DNA of 64,000 nt from Coleofasciculus sp. B1-GNL1-01 (lineage in GTDB: Bacteria; Cyanobacteriota; Cyanobacteriia; Cyanobacteriales; Coleofasciculaceae). This document shows positions 10,328 to 19,227 of this stretch, one piece after another. How positions within the stretch are numbered: the first letter of the stretch is position 1; each line of letters opens with the position of its first letter. The notes below the pieces were generated by a model, which had not been told where the DNA came from, did not search any database, and was given only the letters and a program-made list of their open reading frames with translations. The DNA lies in assembly GCA_040220235.1 (NCBI GenBank), contig JAVJTO010000157.1; one strand, given 5' to 3'. A program made the translations under genes and the position numbers.

Positions 10328-12727
10328 ATGTTCATGAGTCAACCATTACCCACCCCCGAATCCCTTCCGCTTAACGCCCTCAAGGAACAACGCGAGTTAA
10401 CCGCAGCGATGTTGGATTTAATCGGTGCGTTAATTGTTATCCTCGATGCTCAAGGACGAATTGTTTATTTCAATCACGCCTGTGAACAGTTAACGGGTTA
10501 TTTGTGCCAGGAAGTTCAAGGTAAATATGCTTGGGATTTATTAATCTTACCGGAAGATGTAGCCTCAATTCAAGCCATTTTTGATAACTTAATCCCCGAT
10601 AATTTCCCCCAACCCTGTGAAAGCTGCTGGGTGACGCGGGATGGAGACTGGCGCTGGATTGCGTGGATGGATACGGTTTGTTTGAATGAACAGGGGGCTG
10701 TAGAATATGTAATTGCTACAGGTCAGGATATCACAGAGCGTAAACAGGCAGAAAAGGCGCTGCGGGAATTGGCTACTTTAAATCAAGCGATTTTAGATAG
10801 TGCCAATTATACGATTATCTCCACTACCGTTGATGGTACGATTTCCACCTTTAATCGAGCGGCTGAGAAATGGCTCGGTTATTCGGCGTCAGACGTTGTG
10901 GGTAAAACCACACCCGCTCTATTTCATGACCCTGAAGAAATGGTAGAGCGATCGCGCGAACTTTGCAAAGAACTTGGTACTCTGATTCAACCTGGATTTG
11001 AGACATTTGTTGCCAAAGCTCGTTGGGGAGAAATTGATGAACGAGAATGGACTTATATTCGCCACGATAGGAGTCTCTTTCCAGTTTTACTCTCGATTAC
11101 CGCTTTATATAACTCCGATAACCAAATTGTCGGATTTTTGGGGATTGGTAGTGATATTAGTCTCCGGAAACAAGCCGAACAATCCTTGCGCGACAGTCAG
11201 CACTTTAGTCAACGCATTGCGGATACAGTTCCTGGTATCTTGTACCTCTATGATGTAATAGAACAACGCAATGTTTATGCCAATCGTTCTACGGTTGAAC
11301 TGTTAGGGTATACACCCCAAGACATTCAAGATATCGGTACAGATTTTATGTCTCATCTGGTACATCCAGAGGATATTCCTCACATTATAGAACATCAAAA
11401 GCACTTGACGACGCTTACCGAGAATGATCATCTCACGCTTGAGTATCGGATGAAACATGCCAATGGAGAATGGCGCTGGCTGCGGAGTCGAGAAACGGTT
11501 TTTTCTAGAACAGTTGAAGAATTACCGAAACTGGTTCTCGGTATCGCAGAAGATATTACTGACTATAAACGGGTTGAGGATGCCCTGCGTCAAACCAATG
11601 AAGACTTAGAACAGCGGGTAAAACAGCGAACGGTTGAGTTGGAGAATGCCCATCATCAATTACGGTTTCATGTCGAAAATTCCCCTCTGGGAGTGATAGA
11701 GTGGGATAGTCAGTTTCGGGTTCAGCGTTGGTCAAAACAAGCCGAGTTTATGTTTGGCTGGAAGGGAGAAGATGTTCTGGGCAAACGGTTGACGGATTGG
11801 CAGTTTGTTTATCCAGATGACCTGGAATTTGTCCATCAAAAAGCTTTAAACCTATTGAATCCAGAATCGCCACCTGAGATTATTGAAAACCGGAATTTAA
11901 CTAAGGATGGCAATATGGTATATTGCCAGTGGTATAACTCGGTCTTGTTTGATGAATCAAACGCTGTCGTTTCTATTCTGTCTCTGGTGCAGGATCAGAC
12001 AGAACGTAAGCACAGTGAGGAACAACTCCAGCAACTGAATCAACAGCTTCAGCGTTCTAACCAAGAATTAGAACAATTTGCCTACGTCGCCTCCCACGAT
12101 TTGCGAGAACCCCTACGAAAAATTAGGAGTTATAGTGATTTATTGGTGAAACGTTATCAGGGTCAATTGGATGAACGAGCGGATAAATATATCAACTACA
12201 TTACCGATAGCGTTATCCGGATGCAGGCGTTAATTACAGATTTATTGACCTATTCACGAGTCAGTCGCAATGAACTGGTTTTAGAACCAACTGATTTAGG
12301 TGAAATTCTTCAGCAGACGTTAATGGATTTAAGTCCAGCGATTGAAGAAAATCACGCAATTATAAATACCACGCTGCTGCCCATTGTGCAAGCAAATCCC
12401 TTACAAATTGGGCAAGTATTACAGAATTTAATTGCCAATGCGATTAAATTTTGCCGCGAACAGCCGCCACGAATTGATATTAAGGCTGACTGTCAGGATA
12501 ATTTTTGGCAGATTTCCATTCAAGATAATGGAATTGGCATTGATCCGAACTATAGCGATCGCATTTTTGCCATTTTTCAACGCCTACATTATCGGGAAGA
12601 GTATCCAGGGACAGGGATTGGGTTAGCTATTTGTCAAAAAATAGTGGAACGTCACGGCGGAAAAATTTGGGTTGAGTCAGAATTTGGTCAGGGAAGTACA
12701 TTTTACTTTACTCTACCTGTTGTGTAG
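10328..12727 (+). CDS. Multi-PAS histidine kinase (Cph1-type transmitter)
   Basis: Four PAS/PAC repeats; FAYVASHDLREP H-box; NLIANAIKF, DNGIGI, GTGIGLA. Confidence 0.93.
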   Translation: MFMSQPLPTPESLPLNALKEQRELTAAMLDLIGALIVILDAQGRIVYFNHACEQLTGYLCQEVQGKYAWDLLILPEDVASIQAIFDNLIPDNFPQPCESCWVTRDGDWRWIAWMDTVCLNEQGAVEYVIATGQDITERKQAEKALRELATLNQAILDSANYTIISTTVDGTISTFNRAAEKWLGYSASDVVGKTTPALFHDPEEMVERSRELCKELGTLIQPGFETFVAKARWGEIDEREWTYIRHDRSLFPVLLSITALYNSDNQIVGFLGIGSDISLRKQAEQSLRDSQHFSQRIADTVPGILYLYDVIEQRNVYANRSTVELLGYTPQDIQDIGTDFMSHLVHPEDIPHIIEHQKHLTTLTENDHLTLEYRMKHANGEWRWLRSRETVFSRTVEELPKLVLGIAEDITDYKRVEDALRQTNEDLEQRVKQRTVELENAHHQLRFHVENSPLGVIEWDSQFRVQRWSKQAEFMFGWKGEDVLGKRLTDWQFVYPDDLEFVHQKALNLLNPESPPEIIENRNLTKDGNMVYCQWYNSVLFDESNAVVSILSLVQDQTERKHSEEQLQQLNQQLQRSNQELEQFAYVASHDLREPLRKIRSYSDLLVKRYQGQLDERADKYINYITDSVIRMQALITDLLTYSRVSRNELVLEPTDLGEILQQTLMDLSPAIEENHAIINTTLLPIVQANPLQIGQVLQNLIANAIKFCREQPPRIDIKADCQDNFWQISIQDNGIGIDPNYSDRIFAIFQRLHYREEYPGTGIGLAICQKIVERHGGKIWVESEFGQGSTFYFTLPVV

Positions 12728-12777
12728 GGGAGATGAGGGAGATGAGGGAGATGGGGAAGATGGGGGAGAAAACGAAG

Positions 12778-12885
12778 GACAAATGACAAATGACAAATGA
12801 CAAATGACAAATGACAAATGACAAATGACAAATGACAAATGACAAATGACAAATGACAAATGACAAATGACAAATGACAAATGAC
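12778..12885 (+). repeat. Heptamer tandem repeat (GACAAAT)x15, STRR type
   Basis: Perfect tandem array read directly. Confidence 0.95.
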
Positions 12886-14758
12886 CATTATGTATATTCC
12901 CCACGGACATTGTTATCTTTGGCAAACAAATTTAGTTGGATTGCATGTTATTGCGGATGGTTTGATTGCCCTAGCCTATTATTCAATTCCGGTTACGCTG
13001 CTGTACTTTATCCAAAAGCGGCAGGATGTACCCTTTAAAGGCGTATTTTGGTTATTTAGTGCCTTTATTATTAGCTGCGGTACGACTCATTTAATGGGGA
13101 TTGTAACACTCTGGCATCCTATCTATTGGGTATCGGGATTGATTAAAGCCATAACCGCCCTTATTTCTATCTACACAGCTTTGGCAATAATCCCGATGCT
13201 CCCGCAAGCATTAACGTTACCCAGTCCCGCCAAACTGAAGCAAATTAACGATGAGTTAGCTGCTCAAATTGCCCAGCGAGAGCAAATAGAAGCATCGTTA
13301 CGGGAAACACAAGAGCGATTTATTTTGGCAGTTAGGGGGTCAGGCGATGGATTATGGGATTGGAATGTTTTGACACAGGAGGTTTATTACTCGCCTCGAC
13401 TTAAACAGATCTTGGGTTATGAAGAACAAGAAGGCGAAAATTATTATAATTTCTGGGAATCTAGAGTCCACCCCGACGATCGCGATCGCGTCATGAATGC
13501 GATGCAAGATCACTTAGAGAATCACGTTCCTTATGCCATAGAATATCGCCTCCGCCAAAAATCTGGGGACTATTGCTGGATTTACGCTAGGGCGCAAGCA
13601 ATTTGGGATGAAACGGGTAAACCAACGCGAATGGCGGGTTCAATTAGTGATATCACGGATCGCAAACGCGCTGAAGAAGCCTTACAGCAAAGTGAGGCAA
13701 AATATCGGGCATTAATTGATACCACGCAGACGGGTTATGTGGTATTGGATCAACAGGGTATAGTGTTAGATGCCAATCAGGAATATGTTCGCGTTACTGG
13801 ACAGAGTAATATGTCCGATATTCTGGGTCAACCTGTTCTCAATTGGATAGCGCCTTATGATTTAGAACGCAATGTGGCGGAAATACAAAAGGCGTTAGTG
13901 GAACGATCAGTGCAAAATTTAGAGACTGATTATTGTCATGCCAATGGTACAATTATTCCGATTGAAATTAATGCTAAAGTTATCGACACCGACGAAGGTT
14001 GTCGCATCTTAGCCTTATGTCGAGATATTACCGAACGCAAACAAGCCAGACAAGAACTCAAAGCCGCGATCGCAGATTTAGCCCGTTCTAATCAAGACTT
14101 AGAACAGTTTGCTTATGTCGCCTCCCATGATTTACGAGAACCGCTGCGAAAAATTAGGAGTTATAGTGATTTGTTAGTGAAACGTTACCGAGGTAAACTT
14201 GACGAACGCGCCGATAAATATATCGCCTATATTACTGATGCAACACAGAGAATGCAAAGCCTGATTAGCGACTTGTTAACTTATTCACGGGTAAGTAAAC
14301 CGGAACTGATTCCCGAACCCACGGATTTGGGACACATTCTTAAGAAAACCCTGGCAGATTTAAGTCCTTTGATTAAAGAAAATAAGGCAATAATTACCAC
14401 TGACTCGTTACCCAAAGTGAACGCCAATCCCACCCAAATGGCGCAACTGCTGCAAAACCTGATTACCAATGGGATTAAATTCCGTACCCAACAGCCGCCT
14501 CGCATCCACATCACGGCGACGCGAGAGGGTCAATTTTGGCAGATTGCGGTTCAGGATAATGGTATCGGAATGGAATCCCAGTATCGCGATCGCATCTTTG
14601 TCATTTTCCAGCGCCTCCATTACCGGGAAGAGTATCCAGGGACAGGGATTGGACTCGCCGTCTGCAAAAAAATAGTCGAACGTCACGGCGGACAAATCTG
14701 GGTAGAATCAGAGTTAGGACAAGGTAGCACGTTTTACTTTACACTACCCGCCGTGTAG
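12881..14758 (+). CDS. Histidine kinase with ETR1-type ethylene-binding TM domain and two PAS domains
   Basis: ADGLIALAYYSIP...FIISCGTTHL aligns with ETR1 SDFFIAIAYFSIP...FIVLCGATHL; Cph1-type HisKA/HATPase; start may be 12890. Confidence 0.9.
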   Translation: MTIMYIPHGHCYLWQTNLVGLHVIADGLIALAYYSIPVTLLYFIQKRQDVPFKGVFWLFSAFIISCGTTHLMGIVTLWHPIYWVSGLIKAITALISIYTALAIIPMLPQALTLPSPAKLKQINDELAAQIAQREQIEASLRETQERFILAVRGSGDGLWDWNVLTQEVYYSPRLKQILGYEEQEGENYYNFWESRVHPDDRDRVMNAMQDHLENHVPYAIEYRLRQKSGDYCWIYARAQAIWDETGKPTRMAGSISDITDRKRAEEALQQSEAKYRALIDTTQTGYVVLDQQGIVLDANQEYVRVTGQSNMSDILGQPVLNWIAPYDLERNVAEIQKALVERSVQNLETDYCHANGTIIPIEINAKVIDTDEGCRILALCRDITERKQARQELKAAIADLARSNQDLEQFAYVASHDLREPLRKIRSYSDLLVKRYRGKLDERADKYIAYITDATQRMQSLISDLLTYSRVSKPELIPEPTDLGHILKKTLADLSPLIKENKAIITTDSLPKVNANPTQMAQLLQNLITNGIKFRTQQPPRIHITATREGQFWQIAVQDNGIGMESQYRDRIFVIFQRLHYREEYPGTGIGLAVCKKIVERHGGQIWVESELGQGSTFYFTLPAV

Positions 14759-14818
14759 AAGAGATGGGGGAGCTGGGGAAGCTGGGGAAGTTAACTACAA
14801 AACTTTACCTTACTTATT

Positions 14819-14971
14819 CTATAGCCTATAGCCTATAGCCTATAGCCTGACGAATGACGAATGACGAATGACCAATGACGAATGACCAATGACGAATGAC
14901 CAATGACCAATGACCAATGACCAATGACCAATGACCAATGACCAATGACCAATGACCAATGACCAATGACA
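14819..14971 (+). repeat. Heptamer arrays (CTATAGC)x4 then (TGACGAA/TGACCAA)n
   Basis: Tandem arrays read directly. Confidence 0.9.
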
Positions 14972-15053
14972 AACAACGTTAGTTTTCCCCAGATTTGGGG
15001 AATTATGTAATAAATGGGAATAGTGCGAAAATTATCCACAAACACTGTATGTT

Positions 15054-15506
15054 ATGACCTGCTTGATGAACCCAGTAACTAAAGCGATTGAAATTCTCCT
15101 AGTTGAAGATGATCCGGGGGATATTGACTTAATTGAAGAAGCCCTAGAAGATGCCAAATTACAGATTAACCTCAATAGTGTCAGGGATGGAGTTGAGGCG
15201 CTGGCTTACTTACGACAAGAAGGCAAATATACTCAGGCTATCTCGCCCGACTTAATTCTCCTGGATCTCAATCTACCCCGTCGAGATGGGCGTGAGGTAC
15301 TCCAAGATATTAAAGGTGACAACTACTTTAAACGCATCCCTGTGGTGGTTTTAACCACGTCCGATGCTGAGGACGATATTCTTAAGTCCTATAACTTGGG
15401 TGCGAACTGCTATGTATCAAAACCTCTGGGTATGCAGGACTTTATCAAAATTGTCGAATCCATCGAAAACTTCTGGTTTACCGTTGTCAAACTTCCACCC
15501 AAATAA
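15054..15506 (+). CDS. Single-domain response regulator (Rcp1-like)
   Basis: [41 protein letters not shown]. Confidence 0.93.
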   Translation: MTCLMNPVTKAIEILLVEDDPGDIDLIEEALEDAKLQINLNSVRDGVEALAYLRQEGKYTQAISPDLILLDLNLPRRDGREVLQDIKGDNYFKRIPVVVLTTSDAEDDILKSYNLGANCYVSKPLGMQDFIKIVESIENFWFTVVKLPPK

Positions 15507-15511
15507 TTACC

Positions 15512-16741
15512 ATGTACACTGCTCCTATCCGAGTCTTACTCATTGAAGATGACCTCGGTGATGCTGATTTAATCACAGAATTCCTCGATTTGATCAAGTC
15601 AACTCCGTTCCAAATTACTCACCATCGCTGTTTGCAAGAGGTACTACAGCCGAGGGAGCAAGATGCTTATGATGTTATCTTATTGGATTTGTCATTACCC
15701 GACAGTTTCGGATTGGAAACTGTTGAGCAGGTGTACAATCAATTTCCCACTATTCCCATTGTGATTCTCAGCGGATTAGAGGATGAATCGCTAGCGACGA
15801 TTGCGGTTCAGAAAGGAGCGCAAGATTATTTAGTTAAGGGTGATTTTGACAGTAATTTATTAGTGCGTTCTATTCGCTATGCCATTGAACGGTCTAAAAT
15901 TATCCAATTACTCAATCAAAAAGAGAAACAATTACAACAGGCAAATGAACAACTCGAACATCGCGTCGCTGAACGGACAAGCGAACTCCAACACGCCAAT
16001 GATCAATTACGAACCTTAGAATCTCAGTTGCGTCTAGCGCTGGCTCAAGAACAAGAACTCAGTCATTTCAAATCTCGGATTATATCTACCGTTTCTCATG
16101 AATACCGCACGCCATTAACTACGATAAACTCATCTGCCGAAATTCTGGAACGGTATCTCCACAAATTGGATGAACAGAAGCAGCGCAAACATTTTCAGCG
16201 GATTCAGATCTCCGTTAAACATCTAACCGCTTTAGTGGAAGATGTGCTGTTTATTAATAAGGCAGAACTTGAGAAAGTCGAGTTCAACCCAGAACTTATC
16301 TACCTGGTTGGCTTTTTTGAGGAAATCGTTGAAGGATTACAAATTACCGTTGATGAGAAACATCAGCTAATTTTTACGCATCACGGGAGTTGTGAGTGCG
16401 CTAATTTCGATCCTAAATTACTACGACAAATGATTACTAACTTGCTCTCGAATGCGATTAAGTATTCACCGCAGGGGGGTAAAATTATGCTAACGTTAAC
16501 CTGTAAAGACAAGCAGGTTGTATTTCAGGTACAGGATCAGGGGATTGGTATTCCCCAAGCCGACCAATCAAAGTTATTTGAATCTTTTAGTCGTGCCGGG
16601 AATGTGGGAACGATTGCCGGAACCGGGTTAGGATTATCAATTGTTAAAAAATGTGTTGAGTTACACCAGGGTGAGATAACAGTAAAAAGCGAGGTCGGTG
16701 TTGGTACAACCTTTACGGTAAAATTACCTTTAATTAAGTAA
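15512..16741 (+). CDS. Hybrid receiver-histidine kinase
   Basis: N-terminal REC (LLDLSLPD); SHEYRTPL H-box; NAIKYS, DQGIGI, GTGLGL. Confidence 0.92.
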   Translation: MYTAPIRVLLIEDDLGDADLITEFLDLIKSTPFQITHHRCLQEVLQPREQDAYDVILLDLSLPDSFGLETVEQVYNQFPTIPIVILSGLEDESLATIAVQKGAQDYLVKGDFDSNLLVRSIRYAIERSKIIQLLNQKEKQLQQANEQLEHRVAERTSELQHANDQLRTLESQLRLALAQEQELSHFKSRIISTVSHEYRTPLTTINSSAEILERYLHKLDEQKQRKHFQRIQISVKHLTALVEDVLFINKAELEKVEFNPELIYLVGFFEEIVEGLQITVDEKHQLIFTHHGSCECANFDPKLLRQMITNLLSNAIKYSPQGGKIMLTLTCKDKQVVFQVQDQGIGIPQADQSKLFESFSRAGNVGTIAGTGLGLSIVKKCVELHQGEITVKSEVGVGTTFTVKLPLIK

Positions 16742-16858
16742 TAAATAATAAGTCATATTGTAGGGGCGGGTTTAGGCACTCAGGTAAGCTTCTCACCGAT
16801 AAGTGAAGAGCAAAACCCGCCCTTCACTTATCGGGGCTTCTGGATTTATGCATTCTTA

Positions 16859-16953
16859 AGCTGTCATTCATTTAAATTGGGTATTAGTAGTGAGCAAGAT
16901 GCAAAGCCTGCGGCATGGCTTCGCTAAACGCACTACAAAGATTTCGCTATTAT
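16859..16953. mobile_element. Truncated MITE family A copy with one 23-nt insert
   Basis: AGCTGTCATTCATTTAAATTGGGTATTAGTAG... matches the ends at 17034 and 46831. Confidence 0.65.
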
Positions 16954-17033
16954 AATCTTCCTCCTTCTCTTCTGCCTTCTGCCTTCTGCCCTCCGCCCCT
17001 CTACTCTCTGCCTTCTTGAATCCTTTGACACTA

Positions 17034-17240
17034 AGCTGTCATGCATTTAAATTGGGTATTAGTAGCGAGCAAGATGCTCAATCTAGCGAGCAAGGTGCTC
17101 AATCTAGCGAGCAAGATGCTTAATCTAGCGAGCAAGATGCTTAATCTAGCGAGCAAGATGCTCAATCTAGCGAGCAAGATGCTCGCACTACGGCAAGGAT
17201 TGCGCCCTTATTGATATTAAGGTTTAAATGCCGAACAGCT
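17034..17240. mobile_element. MITE family A copy with an internal 21-nt tandem array (six units, 17063..17184)
   Basis: Ends AGCTGTCATGCATTTAAA and TTTAAATGCCGAACAGCT, TA both sides; unit TAGCGAGCAAGATGCTYAATC. Confidence 0.8.
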
Positions 17241-18031
17241 TATAACCATCCTCGTAGCCAATAAACGGCTGTACCAATATATTCCTTAATCGCCCGGGTC
17301 GTCATATCTAAATTTTGAACATCTGGCAAACCATTCAATAAAATAGCCGCTAGACTACTATTCGGTTCATTCAGTTCTTGTTGAGTGACCAAAAAATCAG
17401 TCGGTGCTGGAATCGCCTCAATCCCCTGACGTTGAAAAACCCGCAGGGCGCGGGGTGTATGCATGGCAGAAGTAACTAATAATACCTTTTTTATCCCTTC
17501 CTGCTGTAAAATTCTTCGCACATTGACCGCATTTTGGTGAGTGTTCAGAGACGCCGGATCTTGTAAAATTGCTGAGGGAGGAACGCCAATCATTTCCAAG
17601 ATTGCAGCCATATCCGCTGATTCCGGAGAACCCCCACCCCGCCACTCAATCCGTCCCCCAGAGGCAATAATCACAGGGGCTTTCCCTTGCTGATAAAGCT
17701 GCGCCCCGTAGAAAACGCGATCGCCTGCTTCATTTAAATCTGGTGCAGGGCGCGGCGGAATGGCAGATCGCGTCGCCCCACCCAAAATCACGATCGCTTC
17801 CGCCTGGGGTAACTCGGTTGGCGGAATATGCTGCCACTCTAGGGATTGAACCATGCTATTGGCAACCCAACCATTGCTAGCGACTAACAAGATGATCAAT
17901 CCTAAGGCGACAGGGATAGGAACCAAACGGGGGCGTTTCCAGGACAAGACTAACGCCACAACCATGAGTATGCAAGCGAGTCCTAATGGATACACAAATA
18001 AGGGAAGTAGCTTTGAGAGAAATAAAAACAT
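17240..18031 (-). CDS. YdcF/ElyC (DUF218) family membrane protein
   Basis: IVILGG, IIASGG, SLNTHQNA, LVTSAMHTPRA, PAPTDF, KEYIG. Confidence 0.9.
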   Translation of the reverse strand: MFLFLSKLLPLFVYPLGLACILMVVALVLSWKRPRLVPIPVALGLIILLVASNGWVANSMVQSLEWQHIPPTELPQAEAIVILGGATRSAIPPRPAPDLNEAGDRVFYGAQLYQQGKAPVIIASGGRIEWRGGGSPESADMAAILEMIGVPPSAILQDPASLNTHQNAVNVRRILQQEGIKKVLLVTSAMHTPRALRVFQRQGIEAIPAPTDFLVTQQELNEPNSSLAAILLNGLPDVQNLDMTTRAIKEYIGTAVYWLRGWL

Positions 18032-18232
18032 ACAGTAGTAAAATTAAATCTATCCAGCCTTATGGTAAGGTTAAGGATGTAGCAATCAACCCCTCTACTG
18101 TATAAAGAGCTACACAGTCCTCCTCCTAACCCAACTGACTGGTCTGTGTCTAAAAGCGTTAATTGAGGTGGGGATAACTAACCTCAACAAAAATGCAACA
18201 ATAAAAGTAACCTAAACTCATTCTGAAGTGGA

Positions 18233-18838
18233 ATGCTTCGCCCCGGCGACGCCGATATCTTAAATTTTCTTGAACAAATCCAGCTGGCTCGAAACGTCAC
18301 GGCTGGTTTACGCTGCTATCGTCTGCGAACGATGTGCTTACATTTTGGGCGATGGCTGAAATTAAGCAAAACCCAACTGCGCCAGCTTGTTTTCCTGAGT
18401 TACTGTCATGGCTTAGGCAAACTCAGCATTCCCGACTCGATTTTACTCAATCCCGGTTCCTTAAGTGAACAGGATTGGGTAAAAATTCGCGAGTATCCCG
18501 AAGTGTCTGCTTTGATCTGCAAGCAGCTTCCGGGGTTGAAAGAATTTGTCCCTCTTGTCTTGTCTCATCAAGAACGACTCAATGGCACCGGCTATCCTAA
18601 AGGACTCAAGGGTGATGAAATTCCGTTTATTGTCCAAGTTTTCCAGCTTGTCAATATCGCCGATGCCATTATCAGTAAGCGACTCCATCGCACCCGGAAT
18701 GAACCCTCAAGCGATCGCCCCTACTGGATGCAAGCCATAGAGGAGATTACCAAGGAGATGGAAGCAGGCGCACGCGATCCCAACTTATGTGAGAAGTTTT
18801 TCCGATTTCTGGAGCTGTTCTACCAAGGCGGCGGGTGA
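18233..18838 (+). CDS. Stand-alone HD-GYP domain protein, degenerate active site
   Basis: HGLGK (for HDIGK), [15 protein letters not shown]. Confidence 0.8.
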   Translation: MLRPGDADILNFLEQIQLARNVTAGLRCYRLRTMCLHFGRWLKLSKTQLRQLVFLSYCHGLGKLSIPDSILLNPGSLSEQDWVKIREYPEVSALICKQLPGLKEFVPLVLSHQERLNGTGYPKGLKGDEIPFIVQVFQLVNIADAIISKRLHRTRNEPSSDRPYWMQAIEEITKEMEAGARDPNLCEKFFRFLELFYQGGG

Positions 18839-18859
18839 TGGGAAGATTGGGGAGCTGAG

Positions 18860-19050
18860 GGAGCGGGGGGAGCAGGGGGAGCAGGGGGAGCAGGGGGAGC
18901 AGGGGGAGCAGGGGGAGCAGGGGGAGCAGGGGGAGCAGGGGAAGCAGGGGGAGCAGGGGGAGCAGGGGAAGCAGGGGGAGCAGGGGGAGCAAGGGGAGCA
19001 GGGGGAGCAGGGGGAGCAGGGGAAGCAGGGGGAGCAGGGGAAGATGGGGG
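18860..19050 (+). repeat. 9-mer tandem repeat (GGGGAGCAG)n, followed by (TTCCCTA)n heptamers to ~19146
   Basis: Tandem arrays read directly. Confidence 0.92.
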
Positions 19051-19227
19051 ACACAATTTCTATAGCCCATTACCCTATTCCCTATTCCCTATTCCCTATT
19101 CCCTATTGCCCATTCCCTATTGCCCATTCCCTGTTCCCTATTCCCTGACAAATGATGAATGACGAATGACCAATAACAAATAAGCTATCGTAGAGGTTAA
19201 ACTGGCACGATAGACGGATGGTTGCCA

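Noticed and set aside
12703..12925. (LSFVICH)n ORFs, and similar ORF at 14833..15045
   Set aside because: Translations of heptamer STRR arrays.
17063..17184. Possible mini-CRISPR array
   Set aside because: Units are contiguous 21-mers with no unique spacers, lie inside a MITE, and no cas genes are present.
18060..18076. Pho box upstream of the YdcF gene
   Set aside because: Only one good CTTAACCT on the minus strand; neighbouring 11-bp-period positions match poorly.
18747..19148. Collagen-like (GEQ)n, (PLL)n, (PCS)n and (PAP)n ORFs
   Set aside because: All are translations of the same intergenic 9-mer repeat in different frames.
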